Source: an uncultured Candidatus Saccharibacteria bacterium (GTDB taxonomy: Bacteria > Patescibacteriota > Minisyncoccia > Phycocordibacterales > Zambryskibacteraceae). Taken from it: a DNA stretch of 64,000 bases. Below the pieces are notes generated by a model. The model did no database searches and was not told the origin of the DNA. It worked only from the letters and a program-made list of their open reading frames with translations. Location of the stretch: positions 18,823 to 82,822 of the forward strand of contig CAZFAS010000001.1 of assembly GCA_964516975.1 (NCBI GenBank), in the 5' to 3' direction. A program made the translations under genes and the position numbers. The stretch's first letter is position 1, and each line of letters starts with the position of its first letter. Shown one piece after another: positions 9,510 to 18,143 of this stretch.

Positions 9510-10475
9510 ATGAAAAAAAAATCCAAAGGATATACAACACTAACGCTAGTACTTGTGAGTGCATTTGTTATTGCTATAGGAGTTTTCTTTTATATGAGAT
9601 CCGGTAATTCAGAAAACGCTCTTCTTAAAAAACAGGCGGATTTGAAAGCTCAACTTGCAAATGCAAAGTCAAAGCTTGGAAATGAGAAAGATAAGTTAAA
9701 TGATGCAGAAAAGGCTTTTCGTGTAGCATTTCCATTTTATGACTTTGTAGATGATCAGCTTGTTGCAATGAATCAGGCAGTAAATAGAACTGATGTACTT
9801 TTTCAAAATCCACTGACAGAAAATCCAGTATTAAAAATAAAGACAAGTAATCCAGAAGTACAAAAGAATATTGAAGATAAGAGAACGATAATAAATGAGA
9901 TTCTTCAGGATTGGAGAAGTAGGGTTGATGTAACACTTGCTGGGAAAATAGATAAGGCAACACTTGATCAATTAAAAAAGGATTCGCTCACTATAGAGTC
10001 GTATGTAAATGATTTAAATGCATATGTTGATTCACTTACTCCTGCAAACTCCGGACTCTCACAGTCTCAGATTCAAAGTTATCAGCAAATGATTGACTCT
10101 GTTATTCAGGAAATTAAAGATGCGATTAATTCCATAGATACAACTGGTAGTACTCTTCAGAATCCTGATCCAAGTGCTCAGCAAAATGTTCAATCCCCAA
10201 CAACTCAACAAACAGTAGTGAATAATGCTCAAGCAGAGGTTACTTTTATTGAGCAACAACTAGCTAATGTTGAAGCTCAAATAGATGCAAGTAATCAAAA
10301 TGATCCACAGTCACAAAATCAAACTCCAGTAGATCAAACTCAGCCCACAGTAGGGGACCAAAGCACTGACAATTCAAATGCAACAGATACTGGGACAACA
10401 ATCTTTTTCCCAACACAACCAATCAATGTAACCCCAGGCGCCCCTCGACTTATACAGGGTACAAATAAGGACTAG
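9510..10475 (+). CDS. membrane-anchored coiled-coil, Gln-rich protein (hypothetical)
   Basis: Its start overlaps the cupin stop by 1 nt. The N-terminus is a hydrophobic anchor that is pilin-like but lacks E5. It continues with a long helical KQADLKAQLANAKSKL... region and a Q/T/N-rich low-complexity tail. Confidence 0.5.
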   Translation: MKKKSKGYTTLTLVLVSAFVIAIGVFFYMRSGNSENALLKKQADLKAQLANAKSKLGNEKDKLNDAEKAFRVAFPFYDFVDDQLVAMNQAVNRTDVLFQNPLTENPVLKIKTSNPEVQKNIEDKRTIINEILQDWRSRVDVTLAGKIDKATLDQLKKDSLTIESYVNDLNAYVDSLTPANSGLSQSQIQSYQQMIDSVIQEIKDAINSIDTTGSTLQNPDPSAQQNVQSPTTQQTVVNNAQAEVTFIEQQLANVEAQIDASNQNDPQSQNQTPVDQTQPTVGDQSTDNSNATDTGTTIFFPTQPINVTPGAPRLIQGTNKD

Positions 10476-10529
10476 TATAATACTAAGATAGTATTGACAA
10501 ATACATTAAATTATGTATAATTTTTTATT

Positions 10530-11438
10530 ATGCAAATAATTAGATCAGCTGCCTTTTCTGTGCAAATAGGGGCACCAGAAACAATACTTAATTTTCAGGA
10601 ATATAGCCAATTTAAATATGGGCATAAGCCTACCATTTTGAAATTTGCTAAAAAAATGGTTGATGGGTTGTTTGCGATTATGCCAATTTCTAAATTAATA
10701 AAAAATAATCAGGATATAGTGATTATCACATCTCCATTCTGGCATACCCCACCGTCAGTATATCCACTTGCACTTGAGGTACATAAATTAATTAATGAGA
10801 AGCTTTTGGATAATAAAGCAAATGCAATTAAGTTCGTTAAGATTAGCCGCTCATCTGCACCATCTTGTGATTTTAGTAAGTTAACCGTTGAAGAAAGAAA
10901 ACTTAATATGCAAAGGAATAAGCTTTCTATTGATGAAGATTCTGTGAGAGATAAGACTGTTATTTTTATTGAAGATGCGAGAATTACAGGCGCGCATGAA
11001 GAAAAAACCATTGTCTGTTTAGAACAGGCGGGGGCAAAAAAGGTCATTTTGCTTTACCTTATTGATGTTAAAAATGGAAAAAATGACCCTGATATTGAAA
11101 ATAGATTAAACCATGCCGTGATTAATTCAATTGATGAATTGTATAAATTAATGAGAAAACCTGATGAATATGTTTTAAACAGCCGTTCTGTTCGTTTTGT
11201 CTTATCTTGGGCTGATCATAAGGAACTTAAAAAGTTTTTTGCAAAAATTTCCTCGGTTATTTTAGATGAACTATACAGTGCGTCTATTACCGATGGGTAT
11301 GGACTTATGGAGAAATATGCGCAAGGATTCGAATTGTTACGTGCAGAGGTCAAAAGTAGAAACAAACAACAACTTGTACCTAGTCTCATAAATAAGGCAA
11401 ATGCTTTTATCAAGAAAGCATACGTCTTAACATTCTAG
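10530..11438 (+). CDS. phosphoribosyltransferase (PRTase)-fold protein, paralog A
   Basis: Degenerate PRPP-binding loop KTVIFIEDARITGAHE. It shares motifs with the ORF at 12140 (QEYSQFKYGHKP vs QAYSKFKYGD; DARITGAHEEK vs DIRITGTGERK; YGLMEKYAQGFELL vs YSVLSKYGQSYGLL). Confidence 0.5.
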   Translation: MQIIRSAAFSVQIGAPETILNFQEYSQFKYGHKPTILKFAKKMVDGLFAIMPISKLIKNNQDIVIITSPFWHTPPSVYPLALEVHKLINEKLLDNKANAIKFVKISRSSAPSCDFSKLTVEERKLNMQRNKLSIDEDSVRDKTVIFIEDARITGAHEEKTIVCLEQAGAKKVILLYLIDVKNGKNDPDIENRLNHAVINSIDELYKLMRKPDEYVLNSRSVRFVLSWADHKELKKFFAKISSVILDELYSASITDGYGLMEKYAQGFELLRAEVKSRNKQQLVPSLINKANAFIKKAYVLTF

Positions 11439-11442
11439 TTAT

Positions 11443-12135
11443 ATGAATACAATCACATGTGTTTGTTTTGATGTCTGGAACACGATTTTACAAAGTAATC
11501 CAGATTTCAAAAAACAAAGAATTCAAATTATTGCAGAGGCGTTTTCTTCTGAACCGTCTATAATTGCAAAAATTGCAAATGAAATCGATATCGAATTCGA
11601 TAAGATTACTGATCTCACTGGTCGGGATTTTAATTGTGCCGATAGATTAAAATTGATTGCTTCGAAACTTAAAAAGGATTCGTATTGTAATGAAGAGTTT
11701 TTGAAACAATTGGAGGATAATATCGATCAAGCTTTTTTGCGATTTCTACCTTCTCTCAAAAGTGATGATGTGATCATTGCGCTTGAACAACTTAAACAGA
11801 AGAACGTGACTATTTGTTTGTTGAGTAATACGGGTTTTATTAGTGGGGTATACATGAGAAAAGCACTTGGTCTGCTTGGAGTTATGAAATTTGTTGATTA
11901 TTCATTTTTTTCAGATGAAATCAAAATTGCAAAGCCAAACCCAGAAATATTTGCTTTTGTGACTCGTACAATGGGTTGCATGCCATATAACGTGTTGCAT
12001 GTTGGAGATAATGTTCTAGCTGATTATGAAGGAGCCATAAAATTTGGTATGAACGCTTTGCTTCTGAATACAAAAGAGACCATTTCAAACAGCGCAACTA
12101 TACATTCACTATCTGAGCTTCTTGTAAAAATATAA
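11443..12135 (+). CDS. HAD-superfamily hydrolase
   Basis: Motif I-like CFDVWNTIL, motif II LLSNTG, and motif III/IV K...GDNVLADYEGAIKFGMNALLL. The second motif-I Asp is replaced (DVWNT). Confidence 0.65.
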   Translation: MNTITCVCFDVWNTILQSNPDFKKQRIQIIAEAFSSEPSIIAKIANEIDIEFDKITDLTGRDFNCADRLKLIASKLKKDSYCNEEFLKQLEDNIDQAFLRFLPSLKSDDVIIALEQLKQKNVTICLLSNTGFISGVYMRKALGLLGVMKFVDYSFFSDEIKIAKPNPEIFAFVTRTMGCMPYNVLHVGDNVLADYEGAIKFGMNALLLNTKETISNSATIHSLSELLVKI

Positions 12136-12139
12136 AATT

Positions 12140-13012
12140 ATGAACAGTCTAAAACAAAGTATATTGGCTTTATCTACTCTGCACATTGAACAAGGCACGG
12201 TTTATGATGAAGAAGGTAATGTGTTTGATGCGCAGGCGTATAGTAAGTTTAAGTATGGTGACGCAAGGGAGGCGGAGCGTTATGGTATTAAACTTGCACA
12301 AGAGTTTATTAAACAAAATCAAGATATTTTTTTAGGTGAAGACCATGAAACAAATTTTATAATTGCCGAGCATCCTCGTAAGTATATTCTCAAGGGAGCA
12401 AATGTTATTTCTCGACATTTTCAAAACTATTTGAATTTATATCTGGTATCAAACGGAAAGAACCCAATTATGTCAGTCCCTATATTTATGAGCTCTGTTT
12501 TTGAAGGGGATTACGGAACCTTTGATAAGGTAATTCGGGACAAGGTTATGAGTAAACAACAGTTTTTTACATCAACAGAATTATTTCAAAATAAACACAT
12601 CATATTAGTGGATGATATCCGGATTACAGGAACAGGGGAAAGGAAGATCGCATCATTTTTAGAAGAGTTGAATCCTGAGAGTGTTCACTTCTTGTATGTT
12701 GCAAAATTAAATCAAAACCAAGCAGATAGTAATCCAGAAATTGAAAGTCTGATTAACCATGTTTGGATGAATGATCCAGAAAGACTTATAGAAATCATGA
12801 ATACAGACTATTTTGCACTAAACGCACGGGTTGCAAAACATGTACTTACTCTTAATGGTCAAACACTTGTTCAATTTCTTTCAAAAATAACAGACACGCG
12901 TATTAAAGAATTATATTTTGCAGTTATCTCTGATGGTTACTCAGTTTTGTCAAAATATGGTCAATCTTATGGTCTATTGGAATATGAGTTTAATAAACGT
13001 TTTCGGAATTAA
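12140..13012 (+). CDS. phosphoribosyltransferase (PRTase)-fold protein, paralog B
   Basis: Good type-I PRTase PRPP loop KHIILVDDIRITGTGE. Paralog of the ORF at 10530..11438. Confidence 0.55.
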   Translation: MNSLKQSILALSTLHIEQGTVYDEEGNVFDAQAYSKFKYGDAREAERYGIKLAQEFIKQNQDIFLGEDHETNFIIAEHPRKYILKGANVISRHFQNYLNLYLVSNGKNPIMSVPIFMSSVFEGDYGTFDKVIRDKVMSKQQFFTSTELFQNKHIILVDDIRITGTGERKIASFLEELNPESVHFLYVAKLNQNQADSNPEIESLINHVWMNDPERLIEIMNTDYFALNARVAKHVLTLNGQTLVQFLSKITDTRIKELYFAVISDGYSVLSKYGQSYGLLEYEFNKRFRN

Positions 13013-13037
13013 AGCAAATAAAAGGTTAAAAATAACC

Positions 13038-13065
13038 TTGACAAATCCTTATAATCTGCTATAAT
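13038..13065 (+). promoter_or_regulatory. sigma-70-like promoter (TTGACA, 16-nt spacer, TATAAT) at the low-GC/high-GC boundary upstream of terC
   Basis: Exact consensus hexamers at 13038-13043 and 13060-13065. An ~85-nt leader with a hairpin (acgcgtgtctca...tgagcacgcgt) precedes the terC ATG. Confidence 0.5.
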
Positions 13066-13156
13066 ACCGCTAGATTTACTGATGGAACCTTGAATGCCGC
13101 GTGTCTCATTTTGAGCACGCGTATGTGGGAAAACAACAACTCCTGGGAGGAACCCG

Positions 13157-14038
13157 ATGGACGCTGTTCATGGCCTCATCACGAACTTCATGACTCATCT
13201 GCCCTCGGCGGCGGAGCTCATGAGTGCAGTGCCAGTGATTCTGTCATTGGTGTTGATCGAGGGCTTGCTCTCGGTAGATAATGCCATGGCGATTGCCGCC
13301 ATGGCTTCGGTGTTACCGAAGAACAAGCAGAAGCTCGCACTTCGGCTGGGTATCATCGGAGCGTACGCGTTTCGCGGTATTTCGCTGGGGTTCGTCGCGT
13401 TCATCGCGGAGAACCACTGGCTGAAGTTCGCTGGTGCCTGCTATCTGGTGTACCTCATGTGCCATGGGCTTCTCATTGAGGAGTCTGAAGACGAGGGTAG
13501 TCATGGGACTGTGGTGCAGAAGTCGATGTTGGTCACGATCATACAGATCGAGATCATGGATCTCTCGCTTTCGCTTGATAATGTTGTCGCTGCAGTAGCG
13601 ATGGACAAGCGATTGTGGGTGGTGTGCACGGGTGTCTTCATCGGCATCTTAGCCTTGCGGTTCATCGCGGGCTACTGCATTCGACTCATCGAAAGGTTCC
13701 CGATCTTGAAAAAGACGGCGTTCCTCTTGATTGGGTTCGTCGGCGCAATCTTGGCCTTCGAGCTCACGATGGACATGGTAAATAACCATGTCGAAGTCAC
13801 GAGCTTCGAGAAGTTCCTCGGCATCATCACGATCACTACGATGTCTCTGCTCTACGGCCACACGGTCGCGGGACGCAAGTGGCTTGGCCCGGTTGTCACG
13901 ATCGGGATGCCGGCTGTCGTCGTTCTGAACAAGGTGTTGTCATATGCTTTGTTGCCGTTTGAGATGGTCTTTGTGGGTCTCAAGAAGACCTACAAGTTCA
14001 TCACTGGCGGCGACAAACCCCACACGCACGTCGCGTAG
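13157..14038 (+). CDS. terC: TerC-family integral membrane protein
   Basis: Duplicated TerC signature (EGLLSVDNAMAIAAMAS and DLSLSLDNVVAAVAM), about 7 TM helices, RBS GGGAGG. GC-rich codon usage. Confidence 0.8.
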   Translation: MDAVHGLITNFMTHLPSAAELMSAVPVILSLVLIEGLLSVDNAMAIAAMASVLPKNKQKLALRLGIIGAYAFRGISLGFVAFIAENHWLKFAGACYLVYLMCHGLLIEESEDEGSHGTVVQKSMLVTIIQIEIMDLSLSLDNVVAAVAMDKRLWVVCTGVFIGILALRFIAGYCIRLIERFPILKKTAFLLIGFVGAILAFELTMDMVNNHVEVTSFEKFLGIITITTMSLLYGHTVAGRKWLGPVVTIGMPAVVVLNKVLSYALLPFEMVFVGLKKTYKFITGGDKPHTHVA

Positions 14039-14191
14039 TAGACGAATGGAAGCGTAAGCTTCCCGGAATACTCTGGGTGAGTCCGTTAAGCTCACCCTCT
14101 TTAACGAGAATCTGATCGAATGATCGGAACCTCGTAGAGAGCAATGGTGCTTTCTATGTTCGTTGAAAACTTCAACCATAGGTAAATCGAC

Positions 14192-15385
14192 ATGGGCAAG
14201 CCAACTGTGTTTGGCCTGACCTCGGTGCGGCCGGTACTTGACGCAAGTCAAGCAAACCTGCCAGTGCCAGTGAGTCAGATCGACACTGGCGCTATCGTGC
14301 TCAAGGAAGCTCAGCTTCCCGATGCCGAACAGCGCCTTGCGAAACTCGACTTCCGGTCGATTTCGCAAGCTGAGATCGTCACGATCGGTCTTCCGGAGGA
14401 ACAGCACCTTTCCACAACTCTCGATGGTTTCATGGCTCGTCTTAACAGGACTGATGCCAAGGAAACATTCGAACTCTTCACGCAAGTGAAGAAGGGAGTG
14501 GAAGATGCGAAACTTCCGGAGATAATCGAGAAGATTCAGAGTCCTGTGGAGCCTGGTATGTTTGCCAAGTTCACAGGTATGTTTCGCGGGAAGTCCGCGT
14601 CACAACTCAAAGACGAGTTGTTCAAGTCGATCAGTGACATGATTACTGGTCGCACAAAGACACTCGCCGATCTTCTCGCCAAGATGGAAGGGGAGATCAA
14701 GAGTAAACTCGCAGGTCTCCTTTCCGAACTTCAAGTGCAACAGCGCTTGAAGGAAAGCTACCTGATTCACTTTGGTGAATTCACGGTAGCTGCGGCGGTT
14801 GCGCGGGCCTTCCTTGAGAAGGCTCGTGCGGACGTTGCAGAAGAAGAAGCGACACTCGCTGCAAATCCGACGGATTCCGTGCAGCAAGCACGAGTCCAGG
14901 AGTTGCAGTCGAAGTTGGTTTTGCTCGAATCAAGGGCGCTTGCGCTCGAAGGGACGTACACTCGTTTGCCTGCAGACGCGCTGGTCATCCAGCAGTTGCA
15001 GCAAGCAGGTGTGAGTACGGTTCAGGAAGTTGCTACCACAATGAACCAGCGATTGTCATCCATCAAGATGACATTGTTGGCCATCAACGGCACGTTTCAA
15101 ATTCAAGGTGTGCAGATGCTCGCAGAGCGTTCTGCCACCATGGATCAGCAGTTGCTCGATGCACGCGGTCAGCTTTTGAAGCAGGTCGCGGGTACCGCAG
15201 CAGCTGCGCCCGGCAACAACCGCTTGGCTCAGGCCAAGCAGATCGAATCGGTTATCGCGCAGGTGCGTGAAGTCGATGAGATTGTCACCAAGGCACGTGA
15301 AGAATCAACCCAGAGGATGGCGGAGGCACGGACAAGTTTCGCTGCCGCCCGTCAGGAGCTCGCACGACTCGGCTCAGGCAACTGA
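14192..15385 (+). CDS. telA: TelA-family (toxic anion resistance) all-alpha protein
   Basis: Length and motif order match TelA: MFAKFTGMFRGKSASQL, then IDxI.....L-type helices, YLIHFGEFTVAAAVARAFLE, LESRALALEGTYTRLPADALVIQQLQQ. GC-rich. Confidence 0.6.
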   Translation: MGKPTVFGLTSVRPVLDASQANLPVPVSQIDTGAIVLKEAQLPDAEQRLAKLDFRSISQAEIVTIGLPEEQHLSTTLDGFMARLNRTDAKETFELFTQVKKGVEDAKLPEIIEKIQSPVEPGMFAKFTGMFRGKSASQLKDELFKSISDMITGRTKTLADLLAKMEGEIKSKLAGLLSELQVQQRLKESYLIHFGEFTVAAAVARAFLEKARADVAEEEATLAANPTDSVQQARVQELQSKLVLLESRALALEGTYTRLPADALVIQQLQQAGVSTVQEVATTMNQRLSSIKMTLLAINGTFQIQGVQMLAERSATMDQQLLDARGQLLKQVAGTAAAAPGNNRLAQAKQIESVIAQVREVDEIVTKAREESTQRMAEARTSFAAARQELARLGSGN

Positions 15386-15444
15386 TCGAGTGTTGTAGAA
15401 GTTTCCCTGTAGTTTATCGAAGTTCACTCAACTGGAGAATTCAC

Positions 15445-16056
15445 ATGGCGCTCAACCTGCCCCTTTCGAAGCCTGGCGACACTCATGTTCCGCTGAAGCT
15501 CAACCTTGCAAAGGGTGAACGCTTCACGGTCGAGCTCGCCTGGGACTCCAAGCACGACTTGGACGCGCACTGCCTCCTCATGGAGGATACGGGCGCGGGC
15601 AACAAGGTCACCTCGATGGAGAAAGTGCTTAGCACGTATAACAGCAGGAAGACCAACCGCAGTGGTGTGCTCGTGACGAACCCGAACGGTTCGTTCAGCA
15701 CGCCGTGCGGTTCGCTCACTCACTCGGGTGATGCTCGCGACGGTACCCTCACGGGTGTCGACGAGACCATCACTATCGAGGGGTCGAAAGTCCCCATGAA
15801 CATCGTCGAGATTCCGATCTTCGTCACGATTCATCCCGCATCGAGCGGGTTGTTCAAGGACGTGAAGGAAGCGACGATCAAGATCAAGGACGACAGCGGC
15901 AAGGAGCTTTGCTCTTTCCGTCTCACGTCCGAGTTCGCCAGCTTCAATGCTGTGCAGATGGGCTCGCTTCTGGTCGGCGCTAACGGCTGGGAGTTCTCAG
16001 CGGTCGGTGTCGGCTTCAACGGCGATTTCAACTCAGTCCTCGGGTCCTTTTCCTGA
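15445..16056 (+). CDS. terD: TerD-domain protein (tellurium-resistance TerD/TerE/TerZ family)
   Basis: Strong colinear match to TerD: LAKGERFTV, ELAWDS, DLDAHCLLM, LTHSGDARDGTLTGVDETITIEGSKVP...VEIPIFVTIH (Ca-binding GDN-type loop), WEFSAVGVGFNG. RBS GGAGAA. Confidence 0.85.
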   Translation: MALNLPLSKPGDTHVPLKLNLAKGERFTVELAWDSKHDLDAHCLLMEDTGAGNKVTSMEKVLSTYNSRKTNRSGVLVTNPNGSFSTPCGSLTHSGDARDGTLTGVDETITIEGSKVPMNIVEIPIFVTIHPASSGLFKDVKEATIKIKDDSGKELCSFRLTSEFASFNAVQMGSLLVGANGWEFSAVGVGFNGDFNSVLGSFS

Positions 16057-16068
16057 TACGGAGGCTAG

Positions 16069-17190
16069 ATGATGCCGGAGGAGAATTCAAACCTCTCCTC
16101 CGGCATCACGCCCGAGGAGAGGAAAGGGCCAACAGTCATTAAGACTGGAGGCCAAGAACGGAAACCGACTGTTATGGGAGGAGGGCAAACACCCACCTCC
16201 GTAACGCCGGCAGCACACAAACCAACGGTTATTACGGTCGGTGAACAACCTATCGAAAAACCTGAGGCGAAGGTAGTAAAGGCGAGTGTGATAGTTCCGC
16301 CAGTGGTAACAACGGTGAAAACCAATGTACTACATGGTGGCTCTCAACCTACGACGATGATCGGTTCGAAACGGAAGCGGCTTGCCGTGACGTTTGCAGA
16401 ACTTGAATCAAAGAATGTAGGGACAGAACATGAAGTGCTCAACGCTGCACTTGATCTTATCTTGATCACAAATCTTGATGAGTTAAGTGATAGAGATGTC
16501 GTGATGTGGGGGCATGAACTCCAACATCGCTTCGCAGGGCATGTCACTGAATGTCTCACACTCAGTCAGTCGGAGGATCTCAAAAACACGAGTCGTAACT
16601 TGTCTCGCATGTTGGAGATTCTTGAGTCAATCGATCTTCAAGCGGTATTCGTACCGCAAGGGGGTATTCTTTCTCGCTTCATGGCGAGATCGAACAAAAA
16701 GATTGACACCATCGAGGAACTTAAATTGGCTTGCGAAGAGATTCAACAGCTGATCGTGTTGCTCGATAAACGTCTCGATGGACTGCTGACACTCAAAGGA
16801 GATCTCGACACAGTGTCGAGAAAGATTGAGAGTGTTGGTAAGGAAATTGAGATGTCGATGATTGCAGCGTTGTATCTTGCAGATTATTTGTCACAAGGAG
16901 CTGATGCGAACCCTGTTCTCTCGCAACGCTTTGCGGAGCGAGGAATGAGTTTGACTCAGTCACTTGTACAAATTCGTACGAGCAGCTCGATGAGAGATAT
17001 TCAAATCGAGCAACCCCTTGCCATGATTGGAAGGGTGCAGGACGTAGCACTCGTTTTGGTTCCTGGTTTGATCGGGACAATCACATCTCTCAAGATGATG
17101 ACCGAACAAAATCAGAAACCAACAGTGACGACCGTCACTGAACTCGCAGACCAACTTGGACATATCGTCCAAAAACTCGGAGGTAGGTAG
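16069..17190 (+). CDS. TelA-like helical protein with an N-terminal Pro/Thr-rich KPTV tandem repeat
   Basis: Residues 20-75 carry three copies of an [RK]KPTV[IM]xxG(G)xQ motif. The remainder resembles the central TelA region (GGILSRFMARSNKKIDTIEEL...LLDKRLDGLLTLKGDLD...MIAALYLADYL). Confidence 0.4.
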   Translation: MMPEENSNLSSGITPEERKGPTVIKTGGQERKPTVMGGGQTPTSVTPAAHKPTVITVGEQPIEKPEAKVVKASVIVPPVVTTVKTNVLHGGSQPTTMIGSKRKRLAVTFAELESKNVGTEHEVLNAALDLILITNLDELSDRDVVMWGHELQHRFAGHVTECLTLSQSEDLKNTSRNLSRMLEILESIDLQAVFVPQGGILSRFMARSNKKIDTIEELKLACEEIQQLIVLLDKRLDGLLTLKGDLDTVSRKIESVGKEIEMSMIAALYLADYLSQGADANPVLSQRFAERGMSLTQSLVQIRTSSSMRDIQIEQPLAMIGRVQDVALVLVPGLIGTITSLKMMTEQNQKPTVTTVTELADQLGHIVQKLGGR

Positions 17191-17952
17191 ATGGCGCTCA
17201 GCCTCGATCTCAACAAGGCAGCTGCAAAGCTGTCGCTCGACCTCACCAAGAAGGGGGTCGACATGACCCAGATCTCTGCGGAGGTATCCTTCTGTCTTGA
17301 CGTTTCCGGTAGCTATCAGGACGAGCAGGAAGATGGTTCTACGCAGAAGTTACTCGAGCGGCTCGTGCCGTGGAGCATGGTGCTCGATCCGGACAAGCAG
17401 ATGGACGTGTTCACCTTCAGCAATGGTGAGGAAAACGCTCACCACGCTGGCATGATCACCCCGCAGACCGTCGACGGATTCATTCGCCGTAGTGTCATTG
17501 GCCGGGTTCCCGGATACGGCGGTGGTACGGACTACTCGTACGTGCTCGAGAAGAACCTTCGTCACTTCGGATGGTTGCCCAAGGCTTCGTCCGAGGCTCC
17601 CAAGAAGGGGATGTTCGGAGGACTGTTCGGTGGATCGAAGCCTGCATCGCAGGTGGCGGTCGCCAAGCGTCGCTCGTTGGTGATTTTCAACACCGACGGC
17701 GAAAACAACGACAAGTCACGAGTGACGCGCGTACTCGAGGAGTCCGAGCGTCGCAGCGATCTGGTGTACTTCCTCTTCATCGCGTATGCGAATGGAGGGG
17801 GCAAGTTCCCGTTCCTGCAGGAGATCGGCGATCGTTTCAGCAACACCGGGCTCGTGGTCATCAACGACATCAATCGTTGGTGTGCCCAGCCCGATGACGT
17901 GATCAACGAGCAGCTCATTGGCGAAGAACTCGTCGCATGGTTGAAGAAGTAA
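17191..17952 (+). CDS. von Willebrand factor A (vWA) domain protein, Ter-associated type (TerY / TerF-C-like)
   Basis: MIDAS DxSGS (CLDVSGSY) and a second metal-site segment LVIFNTDGENND. The ATG overlaps the previous stop, so the two genes are translationally coupled. Confidence 0.65.
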   Translation: MALSLDLNKAAAKLSLDLTKKGVDMTQISAEVSFCLDVSGSYQDEQEDGSTQKLLERLVPWSMVLDPDKQMDVFTFSNGEENAHHAGMITPQTVDGFIRRSVIGRVPGYGGGTDYSYVLEKNLRHFGWLPKASSEAPKKGMFGGLFGGSKPASQVAVAKRRSLVIFNTDGENNDKSRVTRVLEESERRSDLVYFLFIAYANGGGKFPFLQEIGDRFSNTGLVVINDINRWCAQPDDVINEQLIGEELVAWLKK

Positions 17953-17992
17953 AGCTCTTTCGATAGAGTGACCTTCGGGTTACTCTATCAAA

Positions 17993-18021
17993 GCGGCGCA
18001 CGTAAGTGTGCCGCTTTTTTT
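17993..18021 (+). terminator. rho-independent terminator closing the Ter island (preceded by a second hairpin at about 17962-17990)
   Basis: gcggcgcacgtaagtgtgccgc followed by TTTTTTT. Confidence 0.65.
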
Positions 18022-18143
18022 GACTTGGAAAGAAAAGTCTGGTATGTTTTTTTGAGTTCTTTACATCGAGAGATTGATAACCCTGCTCGGCACAGGTTTA
18101 TCACAGTGTCATTTGCCGAAACCCGCATGGAGCGTAACCGTAC

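Noticed and set aside
13072-13156. yybP-ykoY (Mn2+) riboswitch upstream of the TerC-family gene, as is common for TerC/Alx/MntP genes.
   Set aside because: The leader is only about 85 nt and I could not find the conserved riboswitch core elements. Only a simple hairpin is present. It is noted as a plain leader.
13090-13281. 63-aa ORF overlapping the terC start in another frame, and several minus-strand ORFs (13195-13404, 13313-13504, 13649-13861, 13940-14485) within the Ter island.
   Set aside because: High-GC DNA generates long spurious ORFs in all frames. These overlap well-supported TerC/TelA genes and lack motifs or starts with RBS.
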